Origin: a virus
Taxonomy: Duplodnaviria > Caudoviricetes
Reading direction: 5' to 3' (one strand)
DNA: 64,000 bases
Virus record (IMG/VR): IMGVR_UViG_3300029705_000041
Position 1 is the first letter of the stretch, and every line of letters starts with the position of its first letter. The notes below the pieces were generated by a model that was given only the letters and a program-made list of their open reading frames with translations, was not told the DNA's origin and did no database searches. A program made the position numbers and the translations under genes. This document shows, piece by piece, positions 29,169 through 38,270 of this stretch.

Positions 29169-29726
29169 ATGATTGTATTAATAGGTGAAAGTGCATCAGG
29201 CAAAACTACTTTAGCGAATGGATTCATCGAAAAATATCCGGAATATCATAAAATAGTTACATATACAACAAGACCTAAAAGAGAAAATGAAGTAGATGGT
29301 GTTGATTATCATTTTATTTCCGATGAAAAATTTGATGAATTAGTCAAACAAGGCTTTTTTGTAGAACACGCAAAATATAGAGATTGGTCTTATGGTACTG
29401 CTAAATCTGACTGTATAAATAATAAGAAAGCAGTTGTAGTTCTAACTCCTTCAGGTTTGAGAAGTTTAAAGAAAATCAATAAAAAAGTTACATCAATATA
29501 TATTTATGTTGACCGCCGCTCCAGACTGATAAATATTTTACTTCGTGGTGATAATATTGACGAGGCATATCGTAGGAATTTATCAGATGTAGGTCAATTC
29601 GATGGAGTTATTGATGAAGTAGACTATGTTATTGATAATACACAATTCCATATGGATGAAAATGAAGTTCTGAAATGTTTAGAGGCAATTTTGAAAAAAG
29701 GTGATGTAAGTGTCAAAAACATTTAA
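29169..29726 (+). CDS. gmk: guanylate kinase
   Basis: GESASGKTT and TTRPKRENEVDGVDYHF. Confidence 0.9.
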   Translation: MIVLIGESASGKTTLANGFIEKYPEYHKIVTYTTRPKRENEVDGVDYHFISDEKFDELVKQGFFVEHAKYRDWSYGTAKSDCINNKKAVVVLTPSGLRSLKKINKKVTSIYIYVDRRSRLINILLRGDNIDEAYRRNLSDVGQFDGVIDEVDYVIDNTQFHMDENEVLKCLEAILKKGDVSVKNI

Positions 29727-30153
29727 AATATACACCGTAGGAAAAATGAAAGATATTTCATATACAAAACAAATGGAATGGAGACTTAAAATTGCCAATC
29801 TTATAAAAAGTAAAACAGAAAAACGTATATCTTTTGTTCATCCGCCACTTTTTTATAATTATGAACAAAAAGATTACAAATCGGAAAGAGAAATTAAGGA
29901 ATGGGAACTAAACCAAGTAAAACAGTGTGATATTCTGATTGTAAACTTAGATGGTATTAACGATAGTATTGGTTCGCATTTTGAAATTAGTGCAGCTGAA
30001 ACAATAAATACAATGAGCGACAAACATATTTATATTATCGGAATAGGTCAAAGCAAAGAACAATTGAATCCATGGATTGAATTAAGCTTGTTTAGACAAG
30101 AAGATGATTTTGAGAATGCAGCCAGATATATTACAGATTATTTATTAATTTAA
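29710..30153 (+). CDS. nucleoside 2-deoxyribosyltransferase-like protein
   Basis: IYTVGKM..WR, CDILIVN and SIGSHFE pattern. Confidence 0.65.
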   Translation: MSKTFKIYTVGKMKDISYTKQMEWRLKIANLIKSKTEKRISFVHPPLFYNYEQKDYKSEREIKEWELNQVKQCDILIVNLDGINDSIGSHFEISAAETINTMSDKHIYIIGIGQSKEQLNPWIELSLFRQEDDFENAARYITDYLLI

Positions 30154-30168
30154 AATAAGGCAGAAAAA
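30153..30168 (+). promoter_or_regulatory. motif variant AAATAAGGCAGAAAAA upstream of nrdD
   Basis: One mismatch to the 16-mer; intergenic. Confidence 0.55.
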
Positions 30169-30194
30169 GTATATATTAATAAGGAGCGAATTTA

Positions 30195-32414
30195 ATGAAA
30201 ATTATTAAAAGAGATTGTTCCGAGGTCGAATTTGATAAAAATAAAATTTATGATGCAATTATGAAAGCAATGACTTTTGGCAGTGGCATTATTAAACCGG
30301 AAATTGCAAAAGAAATTGCTGCGGAAATTGAATCAGAGGCAGAATATATCAAAGACCTAGATATTTATACCGTTGAATCTATGGTTTTTGAAAAATTAGT
30401 AGGCAAAAATGAAATCTTAACAGCTAAAGCCTATGAGGGTTATCGTAGAGTAAGAGAATTCCAGAGAGATACTAAAAATTCAACAGATGAATCAATTATG
30501 GAATTATTATCAGGAGAAAGTGATTATTGGAACAATGAAAATTCTAATAAGAATGCAATGCTAGTAACAACACAGAGAGATTACATGGCTGGTATCGAAA
30601 GTGAAGATATTAGTAAGCGTATGTTACTTACTCCGGATATTATTCAAGCTCATGAAGATGGTGTATTACATTTTCATGATATAGATTATTTTGGACAAAA
30701 TGCGATTCACAATTGTGATTTAATCAATCTTGAAGATATGTTAAATAACAATACAGTAATTAGTGGAGTTATGATAGAAAAACCACATAGTTTTTCTACT
30801 GCTTGTAATGTGGCAACACAAATAATTGCACAAGTAGCTTCTTCACAATATGGTGGACAGAGCATAAGCCTTACACACTTAGCACCATTTGTTAATGTAA
30901 GCAGAGAAAAAATTCGTGAAGAAGTAAGAGCAGAAATCACAACTACTTTAGGATTATCTGTTACTGATGTTATTGAAACAGCTGTTGAAGAAATCACAGA
31001 ACAAAGATTAAAAAAGGAAATAAGTAAAGGTGTACAGACAATTCAATATCAAGTTGTAACACTTATGACAACCAACGGTCAAGCTCCTTTCTTATCCGTA
31101 TTTATGTATCTTGGTGAAACAGATGATGAAAGAACAAAAGCTGATTTAGCACTTATCATTGAAGAAGTATTGAAACAAAGAATTCAAGGTGTTAAAAATG
31201 AGAAGGGTATTTGGGTAACACCCGCTTTCCCAAAACTTTTATATGTTTTAGAAAAAGATAATACATATAAAGATAGTAAATATTTCTATCTTACAAAATT
31301 AGCGGCAGAATGTTCAGCTAAAAGACTTGTTCCTGATTACATCTCTGAAAAGAAAATGTTGGAATATAAGATTGATAAAAACGGAAATGGAAATTGTTAT
31401 CCTTGTATGGGATGTCGTTCATTCTTAACACCATATGTTGACGAAAATGGAAAACCAAAGTATTATGGAAGATTCAATCAAGGTGTTGTTACAATTAATC
31501 TTGTAGATATTGCATTATCTTCTGGTAAAGATGTTGAAACATTTTGGAAATTATTTGAAGCAAGAACTGAACTATGTCACAAAGCTTTACAGTTAAGGCA
31601 TCAAAGATTAGAGGGAACACCTTCAGATGTTGCACCTATTTTGTGGCAACATGGTACTTTAGCAAGACTTGAAAAAGGTGAAGTTATTGATGATTTGCTG
31701 CATAATGGATATTCAACAATTTCATTGGGCTATGCTGGTTTGTACGAATGTGTTAAATACATGACAGGTAATAGCCATACAGACGGTGGTGTTGGAGAAA
31801 AATTTGGATTAGATGTTATGCAAGCATTGAATGATAAATGCAAACAATGGAAAGATGCGGAGCATATAGATTATAGCTTGTATGGTAGTCCAATCGAAAG
31901 TACAACTTATAAATTTGCTAAATGTTTGAAAAAGAGATTTGGTGTAGTTGAGGGTATTACAGATAGAGATTATATTACTAATTCTTATCATGTTCCTGTA
32001 TTTGAAGAAATTAATGCATTTGACAAACTTGCTTTAGAAGCTAAATTCCAGAAGTTATCTCCTGGAGGAGCAATCAGCTATGTTGAAATTCCTAATATGA
32101 ACGATAATTTAGAAGTAGTTATTCAGATTATGCAATTTATTTATGAGAATATCATGTATGCTGAATTAAATTCTAAAAGTGATTATTGTATGACTTGTGG
32201 CTACGATAAAGAAATTAAAATTATTACTGATGAAAATTCCGGTAAACTTATTTGGGAATGTCCGCAGTGCGGCAATCGAGACCAAACAAAAATGAGTGTA
32301 GCAAGGCGTACTTGTGGATATATCGGTAGTCAGTTCTGGAATCAAGGCAGAACACAAGAAATTAAAGAAAGAGTTTTGCATATTGACGATAAAGCCTACA
32401 AGGAGAATGAATAA
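30195..32414 (+). CDS. nrdD: anaerobic ribonucleoside-triphosphate reductase
   Basis: ATP cone, HFHD, HNC, MGCRS, two C-terminal CxxC, glycyl-radical loop RRTCGYIG. Confidence 0.96.
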   Translation: MKIIKRDCSEVEFDKNKIYDAIMKAMTFGSGIIKPEIAKEIAAEIESEAEYIKDLDIYTVESMVFEKLVGKNEILTAKAYEGYRRVREFQRDTKNSTDESIMELLSGESDYWNNENSNKNAMLVTTQRDYMAGIESEDISKRMLLTPDIIQAHEDGVLHFHDIDYFGQNAIHNCDLINLEDMLNNNTVISGVMIEKPHSFSTACNVATQIIAQVASSQYGGQSISLTHLAPFVNVSREKIREEVRAEITTTLGLSVTDVIETAVEEITEQRLKKEISKGVQTIQYQVVTLMTTNGQAPFLSVFMYLGETDDERTKADLALIIEEVLKQRIQGVKNEKGIWVTPAFPKLLYVLEKDNTYKDSKYFYLTKLAAECSAKRLVPDYISEKKMLEYKIDKNGNGNCYPCMGCRSFLTPYVDENGKPKYYGRFNQGVVTINLVDIALSSGKDVETFWKLFEARTELCHKALQLRHQRLEGTPSDVAPILWQHGTLARLEKGEVIDDLLHNGYSTISLGYAGLYECVKYMTGNSHTDGGVGEKFGLDVMQALNDKCKQWKDAEHIDYSLYGSPIESTTYKFAKCLKKRFGVVEGITDRDYITNSYHVPVFEEINAFDKLALEAKFQKLSPGGAISYVEIPNMNDNLEVVIQIMQFIYENIMYAELNSKSDYCMTCGYDKEIKIITDENSGKLIWECPQCGNRDQTKMSVARRTCGYIGSQFWNQGRTQEIKERVLHIDDKAYKENE

Positions 32415-32944
32415 TGAGATATTCCCTAATTAGGGAAATGGATGTGTCTAACGGATGGGGAGTGGGAATCTCCCTATTCGTTCAGGGATGTCATTTCCAT
32501 TGTAAAGGATGTTTTAATCAAGATACATGGGATTTTAATGGCGGAAAAGAATGGACGCCTGAAATCGAAAAAAAATTTATTGAACTAGCTAATAAGGAAT
32601 ACATAAAAAGAATTTCTTTTCTTGGTGGAGAACCTTTAGCAAAAGAAAATGTTGAAACTGTTTTGTGGTTGATTGAAACATTAAAATCTAATTATCCTGA
32701 TAAAAAAATTTGGTTATACACCGGTCATACTTGGGAACAAATAATGAACTCACAAGAAAAAGTTGACCTCATTAGACAATCAGTTTTAAATTTAGTTGAC
32801 GTGGTAGTAGACGGACAATTCCAACTTAGTAATCAGGATATAAATAATAAAACTATATTATGGGCTGGAAGTACAAATCAAAGAGTTATAGATGCAAAAA
32901 AATCTATTAGCTTAAATACTGTATTTCCTTGGAGAAATGAATGA
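32414..32944 (+). CDS. nrdG: anaerobic RNR activating enzyme
   Basis: GCHFHCKGCFN, LGGEP, GSTNQR; coupled to nrdD. Confidence 0.95.
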   Translation: MRYSLIREMDVSNGWGVGISLFVQGCHFHCKGCFNQDTWDFNGGKEWTPEIEKKFIELANKEYIKRISFLGGEPLAKENVETVLWLIETLKSNYPDKKIWLYTGHTWEQIMNSQEKVDLIRQSVLNLVDVVVDGQFQLSNQDINNKTILWAGSTNQRVIDAKKSISLNTVFPWRNE

Positions 32945-33276
32945 ATAATTTAAAAGAATTATTAAAGCTAATAAATGAAAATCCCGAACTTTCTGTAATT
33001 CCCATGGTAAACAATGAAGTATGTGGTTCAGATGATGGATATTGGATGGCTTCTTTTGGGAAATGTGAAATAGCAGAATGCACACATATTACCATGGAAG
33101 AAAGAGTGCGAATTTGTTTTAAAAATGACATTGAAGAAATAAAAAACTACTTTTATCAACAAATTGCCGACAATGATGACATTGAACCAGCCGCAAAAAT
33201 TAAAATGGTGTCTGAAAAATTGCAAGCTCTTGAATGGACTAAGATAATCATTGTATATTTGGAATTACCTGAATAA
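32941..33276 (+). CDS. hypothetical phage protein
   Basis: 111-aa ORF (ENPELSVIPMV). Confidence 0.6.
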   Translation: MNNLKELLKLINENPELSVIPMVNNEVCGSDDGYWMASFGKCEIAECTHITMEERVRICFKNDIEEIKNYFYQQIADNDDIEPAAKIKMVSEKLQALEWTKIIIVYLELPE

Positions 33277-33300
33277 AAACAATAGAAAGGTAGATTAACT

Positions 33301-33831
33301 ATGAAACAAATTGCTACATTTGAAAAAATAAGCTATGAACAATTTAAAAAAGACATTTTAGAAACAATGGTGGAAAGATATGGCGATGCTTATACAGAAG
33401 AAATGATTGAAAATATGTATAAGAAAATTAAGTTGCCAAAAAGAGCTACAGTCGGAAGTGCTGGATATGATTTTTCACTTCCTATAGATATAACTCTTGC
33501 TCCACAAGAAACTGTAAAAATTCCTACTGGAATAAGGGTTAGAATTGATAACGGTTGGGTATTGAAAGTATATCCAAGAAGCGGTTTAGGTTTCAAATAT
33601 CGCTTACAGTTAGATAATACTGTTGGAATCATAGATAGTGATTACTATAATAGCGATAATGAAGGTCATATTTTCGCTAAAATTACTAACGACTCATATT
33701 CAGAAAAAACAGTTGAATTGAAAGACGGAGATGCTTTTATGCAAGGAATATTTGTTGAATATGGAATCACAACTGACGATAATGCTGATGGCATAAGAAA
33801 TGGCGGTTTTGGAAGCACAGGTGCTAATTAA
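33301..33831 (+). CDS. dut: trimeric dUTPase
   Basis: SAGYDF, PRSGLG, GIIDSDY, RNGGFGSTG. Confidence 0.95.
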   Translation: MKQIATFEKISYEQFKKDILETMVERYGDAYTEEMIENMYKKIKLPKRATVGSAGYDFSLPIDITLAPQETVKIPTGIRVRIDNGWVLKVYPRSGLGFKYRLQLDNTVGIIDSDYYNSDNEGHIFAKITNDSYSEKTVELKDGDAFMQGIFVEYGITTDDNADGIRNGGFGSTGAN

Positions 33832-34217
33832 TGCAAGAAATAATTGAAAAGTTAAATAGAATGATACTCTTAGAAACTCATGCAAATATGAGTAAAGAAC
33901 AAGAGTGTTATGTTGCCGGAATTGCCGATGCTTTACAAGTGATAGAAGAACATATGGGAAATGATTTAATTATTGGAAAACATTATTTTGTAATTATGTA
34001 TAAAGATAATAATAGATATGACCCATATGTAGAAGAAATGAAGTTATACCGTATCAATAAGAAACAAAAACAAGTATATTGTTTTACACGTAATTTAAAA
34101 AATAATAATTCAACTCCAGATTTAGTTTTAGCAAGCAAGGGTGGATTAGCTATGCGTGTATTTAAAACAAGAGAAGAAGCAGAAAGCAGGAAGTATTTTT
34201 ATAATGAAAAACATTAA
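33831..34217 (+). CDS. hypothetical protein
   Basis: 128-aa ORF coupled to dut. Confidence 0.55.
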   Translation: MQEIIEKLNRMILLETHANMSKEQECYVAGIADALQVIEEHMGNDLIIGKHYFVIMYKDNNRYDPYVEEMKLYRINKKQKQVYCFTRNLKNNNSTPDLVLASKGGLAMRVFKTREEAESRKYFYNEKH

Positions 34218-34803
34218 AAAATCTATATCGGCTGGTATAATGATTGGGATAGGTGCAACAGTCTATCTACTTTGTGAAAACAAAATTATTGCAGCATTCT
34301 TATTTGCTACCGGATTATTTGCAATTTGCACATTTGAAATGAATTTATTTACCGGAAAAATCGCTTACATATTTGAAAACAAAAATTCTCCAAATTGTTT
34401 TGTTATTTGGATAGGAAATTTAATAGGTTGCTTTTTGACTGCTTTTCCAATAAGATTAGCAATACCAGAAATAACACAAAAAGCATATTTATTAGTAGAA
34501 TATAAATTACATAATGATTTGTTATCAACCATATTTTTATCTATTTTCTGTGGCGTATTAATGTATTTAGCCGTTGAGAATTATAAAACTAACAAAAATG
34601 AATTTGCTAAAATTGTAGGCTTATTTTTAAATGTAGTGGTATTTATTATATGTGGTTTTGAACACAGTATTGCAAATATGTGTTATTGTATTTTTTCTGT
34701 GAATAGCTACAATATGATGATACATTCTCTAATATTCATCTTAATCGTATCTTTTGCAAATAGTGTTGGCGCAATTCTATGTCGCAATCTTACAAAAAAC
34801 TAA
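34204..34803 (+). CDS. formate/nitrite transporter (FNT) family channel
   Basis: AGIMIG, LFTG, GNLIG, GFEHSIANM; about 6 TM segments. Confidence 0.85.
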   Translation: MKNIKKSISAGIMIGIGATVYLLCENKIIAAFLFATGLFAICTFEMNLFTGKIAYIFENKNSPNCFVIWIGNLIGCFLTAFPIRLAIPEITQKAYLLVEYKLHNDLLSTIFLSIFCGVLMYLAVENYKTNKNEFAKIVGLFLNVVVFIICGFEHSIANMCYCIFSVNSYNMMIHSLIFILIVSFANSVGAILCRNLTKN

Positions 34804-34821
34804 TGTAAAAGAGGTAATAAG

Positions 34822-34965
34822 ATGGTTAATGGAAAAAAAGTATCAACGTGCGAAAAAAAATTTACAGTAAAAAACATACACCCTACATTTGCCACAGAAC
34901 AAGAAAAAAATAAACAAGAAAAAAATATAAAAATTCAATTATATGACATATTTAAAAAATATTAA
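34822..34965 (+). CDS. small protein (47 aa) upstream of the integrase, candidate recombination directionality factor
   Basis: GAGG SD; MVNGKK...QLYDIFKKY; below the ORF-track size cutoff. Confidence 0.45.
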   Translation: MVNGKKVSTCEKKFTVKNIHPTFATEQEKNKQEKNIKIQLYDIFKKY

Positions 34966-34966
34966 T

Positions 34967-35023
34967 AAATAAGACAGAAAAATTCGGTAAAGTATTGAAA
35001 AAAGAGGGTTGCTGTGGTATAAT
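34967..35023 (+). promoter_or_regulatory. integrase promoter with upstream 16-bp motif
   Basis: Motif 34967-34982; TTGAAA 34995-35000, 17-bp spacer, TG-G-TATAAT with -10 at 35018-35023. Confidence 0.75.
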
Positions 35024-35028
35024 AATAC

Positions 35029-35062
35029 TATTAGCGACCTTCTTTCTATTTTAGAAAGGAGG
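35029..35062 (+). promoter_or_regulatory. integrase 5' UTR: SD-sequestering hairpin and left arm of an 18-bp inverted repeat
   Basis: CCTTCTTTCTA (35038-48) pairs with TAGAAAGGAGG (35052-62); 35029-35046 is the exact reverse complement of 36628-36645. Confidence 0.75.
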
Positions 35063-35068
35063 AACACA

Positions 35069-36574
35069 ATGGATGCAATATATGGTAGACAGTCTATAGA
35101 CAAGAAAGACAGTATTAGTATTGAATCGCAAATTGAATTTTGTAAATATGAAACAAGAGGGAGGGAATACCGAGTCTACACGGATAAGGGCTATAGTGGT
35201 AAAAACACGGATAGACCTCAATTCCAAGAGTTATTGCAAGACATTAAAAATGGTGAAATTCATAGAGTAATTGTTTACAAATTAGACCGTATAAGCCGTT
35301 CAATATTAGACTTTGCAAGTATGATGCAAATATTTGAGCAGTACGGAGTCGAGTTTGTTTCGTCCACCGAAAAATTTGATACCTCAACTCCAATGGGTAG
35401 AGCAATGTTAAATATATGTGTGGTATTCGCACAGTTGGAAAGAGAAACAATCCAAAAGCGTGTTCTTGACTCTTATAATGCACGAAAGAAAAAAGGTTTT
35501 TATATGGGCGGCAAAATTCCATATGGTTTTTCAAAAGAAAAAATTGTAATCAATGGCATTAGAACATCTAAGTATATAATCAATCCGGAAGAAATGGAAC
35601 AGGTAATTACTATATATGAAATGTATTCTAATCCAACAACTTCTATGAGAGATATAATTGGTTATTTTAATGAAAATGGAATAAAGCAACTACGTGGCGG
35701 AAAATGGAGAGCTACAAATTTATTATCTCTTGTTAAAAACCCAATATATGTTCAAGCTGATTTAGATATATACGAATTTTTCAAAAGTCAAGGTGTTGAA
35801 ATTATTAATCCACCTTCAGAGTTCATTGGAACAAATGGCTGTTATCTATATAAAGGTGAAAATGCCGAAGCGGATAAATCTGTTAGATTAGAAGGACATA
35901 CATTAGTATTAGCTCCGCATGGCGGCACAATACCATCTGAAACATGGTTAAAGGTTCGGAGAAAATGTTTGAATGACAATAAAATATTGAAACCAAACAA
36001 AGCTAAAAACACATGGCTATCCGGAAAGCTGAAATGCAAAAAATGTGGATATGCGATACTATCAAGAGGTTCTACTAAAGGAGAAAAGTTTAGATACTTG
36101 TTCTGCCAATTCAGCAAAAATGATAATGGTTGTGAAGGCATACATTGTATGAAAACAAGCGACATGGAAGATGCAATTCTCAATGAGATAAAAGAAAAGT
36201 TGAGTAATTTTAAAACTCTTTCAAGAGAACAAAGTGCAGCCATTAATCCTAAAATCAATGAATTAAGAATCAAAGAAAAAGACATTGATAATGAAATAGA
36301 ATCATTGATGGAAAAGCTGGTAGATGCAAATGACACTTTATTAAAATATATTAATAAAAGAATTGTGGAACTGGACAATGCGAAAAAACAAATTCTATCT
36401 GACTTAAATACTCTAACACTATCACAGAACAATATAACAAATAGCAAAACCATTGTAGACCATGTTGACAAATGGGATAAACTTTCTTTTGACGATAAAA
36501 GAAGCGTAGTGGATGCTTTGATAGATAAGATAATGGTTAGTGATGAAAGTGTGGAGATAAATTGGAAGATATAG
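35069..36574 (+). CDS. large serine recombinase (integrase)
   Basis: IYGRQS catalytic Ser, DKGYSG, RPQFQ, KLDRISR, recombinase domain, CKKC...C...C zinc ribbon, coiled coil. Confidence 0.95.
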   Translation: MDAIYGRQSIDKKDSISIESQIEFCKYETRGREYRVYTDKGYSGKNTDRPQFQELLQDIKNGEIHRVIVYKLDRISRSILDFASMMQIFEQYGVEFVSSTEKFDTSTPMGRAMLNICVVFAQLERETIQKRVLDSYNARKKKGFYMGGKIPYGFSKEKIVINGIRTSKYIINPEEMEQVITIYEMYSNPTTSMRDIIGYFNENGIKQLRGGKWRATNLLSLVKNPIYVQADLDIYEFFKSQGVEIINPPSEFIGTNGCYLYKGENAEADKSVRLEGHTLVLAPHGGTIPSETWLKVRRKCLNDNKILKPNKAKNTWLSGKLKCKKCGYAILSRGSTKGEKFRYLFCQFSKNDNGCEGIHCMKTSDMEDAILNEIKEKLSNFKTLSREQSAAINPKINELRIKEKDIDNEIESLMEKLVDANDTLLKYINKRIVELDNAKKQILSDLNTLTLSQNNITNSKTIVDHVDKWDKLSFDDKRSVVDALIDKIMVSDESVEINWKI

Positions 36575-36575
36575 T

Positions 36576-36625
36576 TTGTGGCACATTGACTACATCGTTC
36601 AATCATTATAGTCAATGTACCATAA
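36576..36625. other. candidate attP site
   Basis: 50-bp imperfect palindrome TTGTGGCACATTGACTA-16nt-TAGTCAATGTACCATAA (15/17 match) starting just after the integrase stop. Confidence 0.7.
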
Positions 36626-36627
36626 GC

Positions 36628-36645
36628 GAAAGAAGGTCGCTAATA
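36628..36645 (+). repeat. right arm of the 18-bp perfect inverted repeat
   Basis: GAAAGAAGGTCGCTAATA is the reverse complement of 35029-35046. Confidence 0.9.
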
Positions 36646-36725
36646 AGCCATTTGGCAAGGCTTTTATATACTTATTTTAATTTATAAATTGACTATTTTG
36701 TAGCTTAAAATAAATATATAAACGC

Positions 36726-36770
36726 AAAAAATTAAGGTTATAAGCTTTTAAACTTATAACCTCATTTTTT
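36726..36770. terminator. bidirectional intrinsic terminator between the convergent arms
   Basis: AGGTTATAAG/CTTATAACCT 10-bp stem flanked by A and T tracts. Confidence 0.75.
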
Positions 36771-36798
36771 ATATTAACAACAATAACGAACAATATAA

Positions 36799-37251
36799 TT
36801 ACTTATTTTTTTCTTTAAATTTTAAAATTGTATGTCCAAACAATTTATAGTAAGGAACCGGCAGAATTTCAAACACATAATAATTAATTGCATCAGCAAT
36901 GAATATTCCTAATATAGAAATAATTATCCAAATTAAACTAAACGGCAAGCATATAATTCCATTAAAATTTAAAGGGACATTTGTATAATCCCACATTAAT
37001 TCAAAATTATAAACTAAACATATACTTCCGATAATTAATTCAAATAATGTTGCAATAATAGAACCAATACATCCTTGTAAAAGAATATCTGTATTCCAGG
37101 AAATTTTTTCATTAATGCAGTCTATCATTAATAAAATAATTCCGCCACATAATCCCATAAGAGGATAAGAATAGCCTCTATAACAAACTTCAATAGTGAT
37201 ATAAATACAAAAACCAACAATAAATAATACTAATTGTCTTAAATATTTCAT
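36799..37251 (-). CDS. multi-pass membrane protein (putative ABC-transporter type IV-like family)
   Basis: About 4 TM segments; WDYTNVPLNFNGIICLPFS motif. Confidence 0.7.
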   Translation of the reverse strand: MKYLRQLVLFIVGFCIYITIEVCYRGYSYPLMGLCGGIILLMIDCINEKISWNTDILLQGCIGSIIATLFELIIGSICLVYNFELMWDYTNVPLNFNGIICLPFSLIWIIISILGIFIADAINYYVFEILPVPYYKLFGHTILKFKEKNK

Positions 37252-37257
37252 TTGATA

Positions 37258-38256
37258 TTACTTTCCTTGTTTATGTAACCTATATAAAAATACGATTACC
37301 TCTTGTCTTGTACAATTATTATGTAATTTATAGTTTCCTGTATTATCACCATTTAAAATGCCTGTTGAGAGCGAATTATTAATAGCCTCTTTAGCCCATT
37401 CATCAGGAGTATTATCTAATACCGGTACAACATCAGGAATCGTTTCTGAAGGTGTTTCAGGCTGTATAATAGGTATTTCTGGTTGTGGTGCTACAATTTC
37501 CTGTGCAGTAACATAATTACCTGAAATATATCCAATACCAATATTAGGATAATTAACTTTATACCATCCATTATTTGTTTTTGCACAAATAACCACAACA
37601 TCATTTCTTGCGTGTTGTCCGATACGTTCTGAACTTGTTGTTGGTTGTTTTCTTATATTTAATACACTTGCAGTAATAGTACCAGTTAAATTAACTGCTT
37701 CTTCTGTCCATTCAAAAGGTTTTTCTACTAAACTATAATTTGGTCTGCCATAACCGGCAATTCTATTATAATTTAATTTATAAGATTTTTTTCTTACACA
37801 ACCACCATTAGCAACAACTCCGCTTGATGAAGAAGTGTTTCCTTCAATAGTATATACATAAGTATTATCTACAGCATAAACAAGACCAGTATGACAAATT
37901 CCGCCACCACTATTAGTAAAAAAGATTTGGTCTCCAACTTTCGGGGATTTGTACCATTCTCCATTATTTTTGAAATATCCAGAAGAATTGACTGTATAAT
38001 CGTCAAATCTGTGAAGAATTTTTGTAGCCATTTCTGCTCCGAAAGCTTGCACAAAACACCAATCTACAAAGCAATCGCACCATGCAGCAGGATAATCCAT
38101 TGTTGCAGGATAAAGCTGATGCATCTCATAACCATATTTAGTATAATTAGCACTGCCAGCATTTGCAGTTTTATCATATAAAGATTTGGCGCTTGCTTTT
38201 TCAAGATAGCCGACTTCATTGCTTGCAATTGTTAAAAGTTTTTCTATTGCACTCAT
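37258..38256 (-). CDS. endolysin: CHAP + SH3b + SLH-like tail
   Basis: EVGYLEK, WCDCFV (Cys), CHTGLV (His), IEGNT; LNIRKQP SH3b; C-terminal WAKEA..GIL.GD..TRQE. Confidence 0.88.
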   Translation of the reverse strand: MSAIEKLLTIASNEVGYLEKASAKSLYDKTANAGSANYTKYGYEMHQLYPATMDYPAAWCDCFVDWCFVQAFGAEMATKILHRFDDYTVNSSGYFKNNGEWYKSPKVGDQIFFTNSGGGICHTGLVYAVDNTYVYTIEGNTSSSSGVVANGGCVRKKSYKLNYNRIAGYGRPNYSLVEKPFEWTEEAVNLTGTITASVLNIRKQPTTSSERIGQHARNDVVVICAKTNNGWYKVNYPNIGIGYISGNYVTAQEIVAPQPEIPIIQPETPSETIPDVVPVLDNTPDEWAKEAINNSLSTGILNGDNTGNYKLHNNCTRQEVIVFLYRLHKQGK

Positions 38257-38270
38257 ATATAGCTACCTCC

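Noticed and set aside
35842-36615. 257-aa antisense ORF over the integrase
   Set aside because: Shadow of the integrase coiled-coil codons; Ser/Leu/Phe-rich with no motif or SD
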